Positions 18,928 through 26,343 of a DNA stretch of 26,343 bases are shown piece after piece. The stretch comes from Acidobacteriota bacterium. GTDB taxonomy: Bacteria > Acidobacteriota > UBA6911 > JACQSX01. The stretch lies in contig DASXQR010000127.1 in assembly GCA_036507075.1 (NCBI GenBank), forward strand, positions 1 through 26,343, given 5' to 3'. Position numbers and translations under genes: made by a program. Under the pieces are notes generated by a model, which saw nothing but the letters and a program-made list of their open reading frames with translations, was not told the DNA's origin and did no database searches. Position 1 is the stretch's first letter; every line of letters starts with the position of its first letter.

Positions 18928-19242
18928 ATGAAAATGAAATCCGTGACGCGTGGAAAGCGCACTTCGGAAGTTGAGGTCACGAATGTCTCCAGGCACGGCT
19001 TTTGGCTTCTCATCGGCGATCGAGAACTGTTTCTTCCCTTTGATCACTTTCCATGGTTTATGGAGGTGCACATCGGCCAACTGCTTAACGTCGAATTGCC
19101 ACAACCACATCATCTTTATTGGCCCGACCTGGATATCGATTTAGCTGTTGAGTCCATAGAGCACCCAGAGAAATATCCGCTCGTAAGTCGCCAGGGGCCT
19201 AACAAAAGGCATGCAGCGGGCGGCAAAATCCGCCGCCGCTGA
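18928..19242 (+). CDS. DUF2442-family protein (integron-cassette-type putative antitoxin)
   Basis: EVEVTNVSRHGFWLLIGDRELFLPFDHFPWF...HLYWPDLDIDLAVESIEHPEKYPLVS. Its 3' end reads into an attC-like site. Confidence 0.85.
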   Translation: MKMKSVTRGKRTSEVEVTNVSRHGFWLLIGDRELFLPFDHFPWFMEVHIGQLLNVELPQPHHLYWPDLDIDLAVESIEHPEKYPLVSRQGPNKRHAAGGKIRRR

Positions 19243-19258
19243 TTCCCAATCGTTAGGC
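19197..19258 (+). mobile_element. Integron attC recombination site (59-be-like, 62 bp)
   Basis: R'' GCCTAAC (19197-19203) and R' GTTAGGC (19252-19258) are perfect complements. Inner arms GCATGCAGC-GGGCGGC and GCCGCC-GCTGATTC. Confidence 0.75.
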
Positions 19259-19282
19259 CGCGTGCTCGCGGGGGTCTTGACG

Positions 19283-19818
19283 TTGATAGAACGTGACACG
19301 GAATGTACAAAGAGGAGAAACATCATCGACATGGCGCCTGGCTTCACCGCGATGATGAGAGTTTTCTCCGAGGGGTCGAAGGTCAAGATTGAAACAAAGC
19401 TCGCAGAGCTTTTCTCAAGTCTGGATAAGATCACGACCCTTATGACTACGAAACCTGCCATCGATCGTTTTGTGAGCGGTTCACTTGCGAAATTCGGACC
19501 GCCGAAAAGAAACGGAAGAATGGGGAAGTGCAGCAGAGCCAACCTGCATCGTACGGCCAAGCGGCCAAAGTCCTGGACATCGCGCTGAAGGTCTATGTCT
19601 ACTACTGCGCCCAGCCCACAGCGGATGTTGCTGAACGAATCGTGCCTCTCCTTCACGGCGCAGTCGACACACCAATCATGCAGCAACTGAAGAGGTCCAA
19701 ATACGCCACCGCCAGGATTCGAGCGGCGACCATCAAGGGCGTGGACGCAACCGCATATGAGTCCCTCCAGTCGGTTGTACTCGCGGAAACCGATCATCAT
19801 CTGCTCCACGGCAATTGA
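19283..19818 (+). pseudogene. Cassette-like hypothetical gene, frameshifted near 19440
   Basis: One frame gives KRRNIIDMAPGFTAMMRVFSEGSKVKIETKLAELFSSLDKIT. Another frame continues YDYETCHRSFCERFTCEIRTAEKKRKNGEVQQSQPASYGQAAKVLDIALKVYVYYC. It begins directly after the attC; the start is uncertain. Confidence 0.5.
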
Positions 19819-19914
19819 ACGTTTCGGACTGCGGCAGCGTCATTAAGGATGCGAACGGAATAGCGCGCTCGAGGTTGAAAGCCACAAACCAAACCGATAA
19901 CCTGAATACTACTC

Positions 19915-21045
19915 ATGACTGACCCCAGGCATGTGAAACCCAGGACCATCGCAATTGAGCTCGTTCTCCTGTTGCTCACGACTGCCACAAGCGCACTGGC
20001 GGTCGAGCGCGATAGCCATGAATATCTTTGCGTCGTGGATCCGGTACGCGGGGCCTCGGATAGTCGAATCATTCTGATCGACCCGGAGGCTTTGAGTGTC
20101 ATTCGGACGATCCCGTCGGGTTATGACCCGCAAATTGCGGTAAGCCCGGACGGACGGCGGCTGTATCTGAGCGACAGGCGAATGAATCAGGAACTCTTCA
20201 CGGTCATCGAGTTTGGGACCTGGAATGTGCTGTTATCAGTGGAATCACCGCAGCGCATATACCATAAGGTATACGGCCGCGATGCGCTCGCAGTATCGCG
20301 CGACGGGCGCCATGTTTACATTCACAAGATGCGGATACTTCCCGGCCAATTCGACATCCTCGGGGGCAGTGTTCCCCGCACGGACGAATGGTGGGATATC
20401 TTTGACACCAATTCCGGCGTTTTCCTTCCGCGACCACCGCACATTGAAAACTGTGGAATCGTCCGATTGTTTCCGCAAGCGGGGACGCTGACCATGATGT
20501 GTCCGGATCGGGGGGAAGCAAGCATCGCCGACGTCGAAGACGGCATGGTGAGCCAGCCGTTTCGGGATCCGAAGGGGGAACGTTTGAGGCTCCCGTCCCT
20601 GGCCGGCAGCGTGGCGGCGGCGGACGGCAGCCTGACTTACCTGGTCGGCCGAAAAGGTGAGCTATTCATTCTCAACTTCCGAGATCGTTCCATCGCTTCA
20701 GCAGCACGACTGGATCTGCCCGAAAAGACGATTGTGGCTAACGGACTGGTCGCGCTCAGTCCCGCCGGCGATCGGCTCTATGTGGGAGTCGGACAGCCGG
20801 CCTTGAGCGACCGCCAGTATGGCCAAAACATACTAGCGTTCGACACCGGAAGCTGGAAGCAGACCAGAAAGGTCGAACCGGCGCGCAGCGTTTTTTCAAT
20901 GGCGGTCGCTCAAGACGGGAGGCGGCTCTACACCGTCGATCCGGCGACGCGCACGGTATACGATGTAAATACCGGGGAGCAGGTCGGATTGATGGAGAAC
21001 ATCGGGACCAGCCCCGCGCTGGTGATTTCAGCATCCTATCGCTGA
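19915..21045 (+). CDS. Secreted YncE-like / amine-dehydrogenase-beta-like beta-propeller protein
   Basis: 376 aa with a signal peptide (IAIELVLLLLTTATSALA) and repeated blades IAVSPDGRRLYLS, LAVSRDGRHVYI, VALSPAGDRLYVG and MAVAQDGRRLYTV. Confidence 0.8.
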   Translation: MTDPRHVKPRTIAIELVLLLLTTATSALAVERDSHEYLCVVDPVRGASDSRIILIDPEALSVIRTIPSGYDPQIAVSPDGRRLYLSDRRMNQELFTVIEFGTWNVLLSVESPQRIYHKVYGRDALAVSRDGRHVYIHKMRILPGQFDILGGSVPRTDEWWDIFDTNSGVFLPRPPHIENCGIVRLFPQAGTLTMMCPDRGEASIADVEDGMVSQPFRDPKGERLRLPSLAGSVAAADGSLTYLVGRKGELFILNFRDRSIASAARLDLPEKTIVANGLVALSPAGDRLYVGVGQPALSDRQYGQNILAFDTGSWKQTRKVEPARSVFSMAVAQDGRRLYTVDPATRTVYDVNTGEQVGLMENIGTSPALVISASYR

Positions 21046-21119
21046 CTCCCGCGTTGCTTCATCTTCAGCGCGGCTCGATGAAAAGGAAGACGGGTCCCAG
21101 CTCGGCCTTTCCGACAATC

Positions 21120-21343
21120 CCAACGGAGCCGCGAAGTGTAAGGACGCGTTGCCCAAATCGGAACGAATGGGAGACGGACATTATGTTCACCGCAGAGCCG
21201 CCGAGAACGCCAAGTTTCGCTGAGGTGGTGATGAAACTCTGCGGAAATTCGGCGTTCTTTGCGGCTCGGCGGTGAATGCGCGTGTCCGTCTACAGCCGGC
21301 GTCGATTTGGGCAACACGCCCTGTAAACGAACGGCTCCCTTGG
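21120..21343. repeat. About 224-bp nested fold-back (MITE-like or structured element)
   Basis: Paired arms: 21120-21131 with 21332-21343 (1 mismatch); 21148-21160 with 21303-21315 (13-bp perfect); 21172-21180 with 21283-21291 (9-bp perfect); 21186-21211 with 21251-21276 (imperfect); 21213-21218 with 21233-21238. Confidence 0.75.
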
Positions 21344-21416
21344 TGCGTGCACATCGAGCGGTGCCTGGTCCTGAACGGCGGCAGATTGCAGGGCCCGATC
21401 GACCGTAATCCGGCGA

Positions 21417-21555
21417 CCTTCTCGCACTCTGCCACTCTCCGCCGCAGGAAGCGGCGCTCGGGTTCCGAGCACCGGCATTCAAGCGCGGGGCGAAAACAGG
21501 CGGCCACTTCGTCGCGCCGGCCGAGATCGAGCAGCAGATGACCGCGCAAAATCAT
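21417..21555 (-). pseudogene. C-terminal TPR-like fragment of an ECF42-type (DUF6596) RNA polymerase sigma factor
   Basis: RGHLLLDLGRRDEVAACFRPALECRCSEPERRFLRRRVAECE resembles ECF42 C-termini. No sigma domains fit between it and the tRNA. Confidence 0.6.
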
Positions 21556-21628
21556 CTACTCCTTCCCGATTAGATCCCGGATCCCTCGACGCCCAGTCGG
21601 GGAAGGAAGTTCTGTGTATCGCCAAGAG

Positions 21629-21703
21629 TGGCTCCTGAGGTAGGACTCGAACCTACAACCCTCCGGTTAACAGCCGGATGCTCTGCCATTGAGCTACTCA
21701 GGA
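21629..21703 (-). tRNA. tRNA-Asn (GTT)
   Basis: TCCTGAGTAGCTCAATGGCAGAGCATCCGGCTGTTAACCGGAGGGTTGTAGGTTCGAGTCCTACCTCAGGAGCCA: acceptor stem TCCTGAG/CTCAGGA, anticodon GTT, TTCGA loop, encoded CCA. Confidence 0.98.
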
Positions 21704-21722
21704 GTGGTGGGGCAAAAGATCT

Positions 21723-21751
21723 TTTTTAACCTACCCTTGGAGATGGGTCAA
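21723..21751 (-). promoter_or_regulatory. Possible sigma70 promoter of tRNA-Asn
   Basis: TTGACC (21751-21746), 17-bp spacer, TAAAAA (21728-21723). The -10 box is weak. Confidence 0.35.
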
Positions 21752-21753
21752 GT

Positions 21754-21933
21754 GAGTTTCGAGTGACGAGTTGCGAGTGTCGAGTGGCGAGTTTTGAGTT
21801 GCGCGCGTTGAGTGTTGGCTTTCAAGCGATTCCTTTGGTGATTCATCAATTCCCACGATCAGCCATTGAATTTCCCAGTCATTACGCGGTGACATTAAAA
21901 AACTCGACACTCGTCACTCGTCATTCGACACTT
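21754..21933. repeat. Inverted pair of degenerate heptamer tandem arrays (GAGTNNC)n
   Basis: Seven units gagtttc-gagtgac-gagttgc-gagtgtc-gagtggc-gagtttt-gagttgc (21754-21802) and five complementary units aaaactc-gacactc-gtcactc-gtcattc-gacactt (21899-21933). Confidence 0.85.
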
Positions 21934-21934
21934 G

Positions 21935-22381
21935 TCAGACCGCTTGCTCCTTACGCGCGCAATGCTGGTCGAAGGCTTGCGTCAGGATCTGCGCGATGTC
22001 GGACGCTTCCCTGCCCTCGATCTGGTGGCGCGGGAGCATGAAGACGGGTTTGCCGTCCTTCAGCAGAACCACCGAGGGCGAAGAGGGCGGATATTCGGAA
22101 AAATAAGAGCGCGCTTTTTGCGTCGCATCCAGATCCTGGCCGGCGAAAACCGTCGTGACCAGGTCCGGTTTGACCGCGTGCTGCAGGGCCATGGCTACGC
22201 CCGGGCGGGCTTTGCCGGCAGCGCAGCCGCAGACCGAGTTGACGACGATCATCAAAGTCTTGTTATGTTCTTTGGACTCCTGTACCGCGTTATCCACCTC
22301 TTGGGCGGTCCGAAGTTCTTTTACGCCCACGCGCGTGAGGTCCTGACGCATGGGGGTGATCATGAGTTCGGGGTAGGGCAC
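21935..22381 (-). CDS. BrxA/BrxB (YphP/YqiW) family bacilliredoxin
   Basis: MPYPELMITPMRQDLT...VVNSVCGCAAGKARPGV (CGC motif)...TVFAGQDLDAT...YPPSSPSVVLLKDGK...RHQIEGR; GTG start. Confidence 0.93.
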   Translation of the reverse strand: MPYPELMITPMRQDLTRVGVKELRTAQEVDNAVQESKEHNKTLMIVVNSVCGCAAGKARPGVAMALQHAVKPDLVTTVFAGQDLDATQKARSYFSEYPPSSPSVVLLKDGKPVFMLPRHQIEGREASDIAQILTQAFDQHCARKEQAV

Positions 22382-22440
22382 GTTTTGTTCCTCCGCAATA
22401 GTGATTGGGAGATTATAACAGGTTGGTTCGGGGTTTTTTC

Positions 22441-22569
22441 ACCACAGAAGCTTAGCGCGGCGAAGCCGCAACCAAAAGTCAAGGAGAGACGGCCCTCAGG
22501 CCGTCTCTCCGCTCCCGAATAATTTGCGCGGGCCGCGAAAATTCTCATGGTTAGTAGTACAGAGGACAC
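22441..22569. mobile_element. About 110-bp MITE-like insert within a REP-like repeat
   Basis: accACAGA[22449-22558]ACAGAggacac. The insert contains a perfect 12-bp stem ggagagacggcc-ctca-ggccgtctctcc (22483-22510). Confidence 0.5.
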
Positions 22570-24017
22570 TAATAGGTTGGGTTCTTTGGGCGGAGGTGAT
22601 CGACGGCGAGGCCGATGGAAAAGGTTACCGTGGAGCCGATCAGGACGTACCACTGCCAGGATATGGGGGAAAAGACACGAACGGAGAGCATGACGGCAAT
22701 TCCTGCCAGCAGGCCGGCCATCGCGCTTAACGCACGCACCGGGTGGCGGCGGGCGCCCAAAAAGAATACGCCCAGTATGGGACCGTTGGTGAAAGACGCA
22801 ATGCCCAGGACTTCGTTCACCACCTGCCTGGAAAGACGGATCGCCGCCACTGCCACGGCAATCTGTACCAGGCCCCACATGATCGTCAGAGCGCGAGAGA
22901 TGTTTAGATAATGCCTCTCGCTTTGCGCCGAATGCAGCGGCCGATAAAAATCGACGACCGACGTCGAGGCCGATGAATTCAGCGATGAGGAGAGCGTGCT
23001 CATCGCGGCAGCGAAGATCGCGGCGATCACCAAGCCCACGACGCCCGGCGGGAGCTGTGAAACGATGAAGTGCGGGAAGATGCGGTCCGGCGTCAACGCG
23101 TACCCCGGAGGAAGGGAATGCGTCTGGTAGAACAGGTACAACATCACCCCAATGAGTAGGAAAAGCAGGAACTGCACAAAAACAACTACGCCGCTGCTCC
23201 AGAGCGCCACAGTCGCCTGGCGTTCATCGCGCGCGCACAGGTAACGCTGCACCATAAGCTGGTCGGTGCCGTGCGTGGCTGTGGTGAGAAAAGCTCCGCC
23301 GATTATTCCTGACCAGAACGTGTAGCTCTTTGAGAGCGAGAAAGTGAAATCCCACCAGTTGAACTTCCCTGCCGCACTGCCAAGCGCCCACACTCCCGCC
23401 CATCCACCGGGAATATCGGACGCCAGCAGCCACGCCGCGGCCAGCGCGCCGATCAGATAAATGAAGAGTTGAATCACATCAGTCCAGATGACGGCCGCCA
23501 TCCCGCCCAGAAAGGTGTACAGGATCGTGACGCCCCCGATGATCAGAATGGACGTTACGTCTCCCCAGCCGGTGAGAGCAACCAGTACGACGGCAGTCGC
23601 AAACAGCCGAAAGCCATCCGCCAGCGAGCGAGTGAGGAGAAACAGAGAAGCCGCTATTCGCTTGACTGCGGCGCCGAATTTTTGATCCAGCACCTGGTAA
23701 ACGGTAAAGAGCTCTCCTTTGAAGTAAAGCGGGATGAGGACGTACGCGACAACGACACGGCCGATCATGTAACCGATCACCAGTTGCATGAAACGGAAAT
23801 CGCCGAGAAATGCGAATCCGGGGACGCTGATGAATGTCACCGTGCTGGTTTCAGTGGCGACAATGGAAAAAGCGAGCGCCCACCAGGGGACGTTCCGATC
23901 GCTGAGGAAGTAGTCGCGGATATCCTTCTGTTTTCGGCCAAAGTAATAACCGAACCACGTCACACCCAGCATGTAGACGACAATAATAAGAAGGTCGATG
24001 GTTCTAAGAGTAGGCAT
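22569..24017 (-). CDS. Sodium:solute symporter (SSS/SLC5 family)
   Basis: Likely start ATG 24017 ([18 protein letters not shown]). Motifs [54 protein letters not shown] and [13 protein letters not shown]. Confidence 0.93.
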   Translation of the reverse strand: MPTLRTIDLLIIVVYMLGVTWFGYYFGRKQKDIRDYFLSDRNVPWWALAFSIVATETSTVTFISVPGFAFLGDFRFMQLVIGYMIGRVVVAYVLIPLYFKGELFTVYQVLDQKFGAAVKRIAASLFLLTRSLADGFRLFATAVVLVALTGWGDVTSILIIGGVTILYTFLGGMAAVIWTDVIQLFIYLIGALAAAWLLASDIPGGWAGVWALGSAAGKFNWWDFTFSLSKSYTFWSGIIGGAFLTTATHGTDQLMVQRYLCARDERQATVALWSSGVVVFVQFLLFLLIGVMLYLFYQTHSLPPGYALTPDRIFPHFIVSQLPPGVVGLVIAAIFAAAMSTLSSSLNSSASTSVVDFYRPLHSAQSERHYLNISRALTIMWGLVQIAVAVAAIRLSRQVVNEVLGIASFTNGPILGVFFLGARRHPVRALSAMAGLLAGIAVMLSVRVFSPISWQWYVLIGSTVTFSIGLAVDHLRPKNPTY

Positions 24018-24028
24018 CTGGTTGATGA

Positions 24029-24088
24029 TTTGTGTCCTCTGTGCCTCTGTGGTAAAAACATTCACCACAAAGGCACAAAGGACACAAA
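24029..24088. repeat. REP-like inverted pair (ACCACRRAGGCACRRAGGACAC family)
   Basis: tttgtgtcctctgtgcctctgtggt - 10 nt - accacaaaggcacaaaggacacaaa. Confidence 0.85.
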
Positions 24089-24090
24089 GA

Positions 24091-24987
24091 TTATTTGAGA
24101 ATGGCCCGCAGGGCACCCTCAAGGTCCGGGTGCGCGAATTGGAAACCACTTTTCTGCAATTCCTGGGGTGCGACGCGCTGGCTGGCCAGCAGCAGCTCCT
24201 GGGCCATCTCGCCCAGCATCAACTTCAACGCGGCGGCAGGGACAGGAAAGATCGCCGGGCGCCGCAGAACCCGGGCCAGGACCTTCGTGAAGGTTTCATT
24301 GCGGACCGGATGAGGAGAAACGAAATTAACGGGCCCTGCCAGCTCGTTCTTCTGCGCCAGGTGAATCAGACCCTGCACGACATCGTGAATCGAAATCCAG
24401 GACATCCACTGCTTCCCGTTTCCTATCTTGCCCCCGGCGCCCAGCCTGAAGATGGGAAGCATCTTGGCAAGTGCTCCCCCGCGCTGCGACAGAATCAGAC
24501 CGAAGCGCGGGGTCACCGCGCGCATTCCTTTTTCTCGCGCGCGCATCGCTTCGGATTCCCACGCCTTGCATAACTCGGCCAGGAAACCGTCCCCGTTCGG
24601 GCTTTGCTCGGTGAGGGTCTCGTCACCGCGGTCGCCGTAAAAACCGATTGCGGAGGCGTTGATGAAAACGGAGGGTTTCTTCTGCAAGCGCCCGATGCGA
24701 TCGACCAGGATGCGAGTGCCTTCGACGCGGCTGCGATAAATTTCCTTTTTCCTGGAAGCAGTCCATCGTCCGCCGGCAATGGACTCGCCGGAAAGGTTAA
24801 CGAAAGCGTCGATCCCTTCCAGCCGCTGAATATCTCGAATTCCCTGTCGCGGGTGCCACAGCACGTTGTCCGTGCCCACCTCGTTTTCCGAGCGAACCAG
24901 CCGGCGAACCTTGTGTCCCTGAGATCGAAGAACCTTTACCAGTTCGCTGCCCACGAGGCCGGTCGAGCCGGCAATCGCAATTTCCAT
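24091..24987 (-). CDS. yfcH: TIGR01777 family NAD-dependent epimerase/oxidoreductase
   Basis: [11 protein letters not shown]ossmann motif; [38 protein letters not shown]-terminal DUF1731-like [21 protein letters not shown]. Confidence 0.93.
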   Translation of the reverse strand: MEIAIAGSTGLVGSELVKVLRSQGHKVRRLVRSENEVGTDNVLWHPRQGIRDIQRLEGIDAFVNLSGESIAGGRWTASRKKEIYRSRVEGTRILVDRIGRLQKKPSVFINASAIGFYGDRGDETLTEQSPNGDGFLAELCKAWESEAMRAREKGMRAVTPRFGLILSQRGGALAKMLPIFRLGAGGKIGNGKQWMSWISIHDVVQGLIHLAQKNELAGPVNFVSPHPVRNETFTKVLARVLRRPAIFPVPAAALKLMLGEMAQELLLASQRVAPQELQKSGFQFAHPDLEGALRAILK

Positions 24988-24996
24988 TTCACCCCC

Positions 24997-25060
24997 CTTG
25001 GTGTCTTTGTGCCTTTGTGGTGGAAAAGTATTTCACCATAAAGACACAAAGGGCACGAAG
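24997..25060. repeat. REP-like inverted pair (same family)
   Basis: cttggtgtctttgtgcctttgtggtg ... caccataaagacacaaagggcacgaag. Confidence 0.85.
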
Positions 25061-25062
25061 AT

Positions 25063-25479
25063 TTAGTCTTCCACCTCCACCTTGAGCATGCGGTCGCCTT
25101 GGCGGATGGAGTTGACGATGCTCATGTCCTGCGTGCGGCCAAAGACGGTGTGTACGCCGTCCAGGTGGGGCTGCGGAGAGTGGCAGATGAAAAACTGGCT
25201 GCCTCCAGTGTTGGGGCCGGCATGGGCCATTGAGAGCGACCCGGCCAGATGTTTGTTCGGGTTGATTTCGTCCGGGATTTTGTAACCCGGGCCGCCCGTG
25301 CCATCGCCGCGGGGACAACCACCCTGGACGACGAAATTGGGAATGACGCGGTGAAAAGTCAGATTGTCGTAAAAACCTGATCTGGCGAGCTTGGCAAAAT
25401 TGGCGACGGTTTTGGGGGCTTCTTTGTCGAAGAGGTCGATGTGGATATCGCCTTTGTCGGTTTTGATGGTTGCTTTCAA
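25063..25479 (-). CDS. Cyclophilin-type peptidyl-prolyl cis-trans isomerase
   Basis: Likely TTG start at 25479 after a GGAG RBS. Motifs [48 protein letters not shown] and [10 protein letters not shown]. Confidence 0.95.
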   Translation of the reverse strand: MKATIKTDKGDIHIDLFDKEAPKTVANFAKLARSGFYDNLTFHRVIPNFVVQGGCPRGDGTGGPGYKIPDEINPNKHLAGSLSMAHAGPNTGGSQFFICHSPQPHLDGVHTVFGRTQDMSIVNSIRQGDRMLKVEVED

Positions 25480-25500
25480 TGGTGCGCTCCCTTGGGTTTG

Positions 25501-25554
25501 ACCACAAAGGCACAAAGGGCACAAAGACCTTTGTGTCCTTGGTGTCTTTGTGGT
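25501..25554. repeat. REP-like inverted pair (same family, opposite arm order)
   Basis: accacaaaggcacaaagggcacaaag-ac-ctttgtgtccttggtgtctttgtggt. Confidence 0.85.
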
Positions 25555-25557
25555 GGA

Positions 25558-26091
25558 TCATTTTTCGGGGTCGACGCCCAGCGCGTCGGCGACCCGATTT
25601 ATATAGTTAAAGTATGCGATCACCTGCACCGCATCCAGAATCGCCGTGTCCTCCAGCCCCACGGATCGAAGATGATCCACATCGGACGTCTTCATGGACG
25701 AAGGGTGGAACGTCAACTTTTCGGCAAATTCACAGAGAGCGCGCTGCGCGGGATTGAGGCCCGCTTTTCTGTAATCCGCCTTTATCTGCGCGGCAAGCTT
25801 TTCATCGCCTGATTGGGCACGGAGATCCTCCCCGTGAGCTTCCACTCAGTAATGACAACTATTGGCGCGTGAAACGACGGTAGCGAGCATCTCCCTATCG
25901 GCGCGGGAAAGAGGCGAAGAGGCGTGCATCGTCGCCATATAAAGATTCAAAGAGGCTTGCAGGCTTTCGGGATTGAGGCTTTGAAGCCGGACAATGTTGA
26001 AAACCTTGCCGGCGCGCTTTACCGCAGATTCATAAATGGACTTTAACTTTCCGGTGGCGTCTTTGTCGGAGACCTGGGCAATGTGGGCCAT
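25558..26091 (-). CDS. AhpD/carboxymuconolactone-decarboxylase-family peroxidase-related enzyme, probable selenoprotein (CxxU; UGA at 25846-25848)
   Basis: ORFs 25846..26091 and 25558..25845 abut in the same frame: ...REMLATVVSRANSCHY[TGA]VEAHGEDL...FNYINRVADALGV. The TGA sits at the second Cys of the AhpD CxxC motif. The joined protein is 177 aa. Confidence 0.88.
25818..25836 (-). promoter_or_regulatory. Putative bacterial SECIS element
   Basis: Hairpin CACGGGG-AGGAU-CUCCGUG starts 9 nt after the UGA. Its apical loop begins 16 nt after the UGA and has G at loop position 2. Confidence 0.7.
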
Positions 26092-26119
26092 GCGGGGATT
26101 TTAGTTTGCCGCGGGCGGT

Positions 26120-26314
26120 TTGAGAATTGAAAATTGAGTAGTGAAGTTTGGTTGCCATCGGGAAAAAGACTTCACCACAGAGGCGCAGGGAAGCATAGCC
26201 GTAACCAAAAAGCCATCTACGTCCACGAGCACGAGCACGTCAACGGGCACGACTACGATTACGCCTGACGTCCAACGTATTCAGATTCGGTCGCCGTGGA
26301 ACGCCGTGTTCCAC
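26120..26314. repeat. Cluster of short repeats: heptamer array, REP arm, hexamer array, palindrome
   Basis: ttgagaa-ttgaaaa-ttgagta-gtgaagt (26120-26147); caccacagaggcgcag (26173-26188); eight NACGNN hexamers (26218-26265); gtggaac-gccgt-gttccac (26296-26314). Confidence 0.65.
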
Positions 26315-26343
26315 CATCTCCCATCCTTCTTCCACGTTCAAAA

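Noticed and set aside
24018..24149. N-terminal extension of the symporter ORF (and 25480..25524 of the cyclophilin)
   Set aside because: The extensions translate REP repeats ([16 protein letters not shown]) or overlap the upstream gene; downstream starts fit the families better.
24029..25554. Recurring ACCACAAAGGCACAAAG repeats as a CRISPR array
   Set aside because: The copies are inverted pairs separated by whole genes, with no uniform spacers and no cas genes.

Overview
This is a bacterial window, probably from an Acidobacteriota-like genome; that assignment is inferred from the SBBP/FG-GAP surface proteins, carboxypeptidase-regulatory-domain TonB-dependent receptors and REP-like repeats. 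The right part (about 21.6-26.1 kb) is a housekeeping-like minus-strand gene run: an AhpD/CMD-family peroxidase with an in-frame UGA in a CxxU motif plus a SECIS-like hairpin (probable selenoprotein), a cyclophilin, a TIGR01777 oxidoreductase, a sodium:solute symporter, a BrxA/B bacilliredoxin and tRNA-Asn(GTT). Palindromic repeats separate most of these genes. Left of the tRNA 3' end is a patchwork accessory region. It holds secreted beta-propeller/surface proteins and a partly deleted fucosidase-TBDR-sulfatase-LacI polysaccharide locus. It also holds an integron-type attC site with cassette-like genes, orphan antitoxins (DUF1778, DUF2442), remnants of an IS200/RAYT transposase, a GmrSD-like protein and an ECF sigma factor, and several fold-back/MITE-like elements. 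All family assignments come from recognising motifs by eye; no searches were run.
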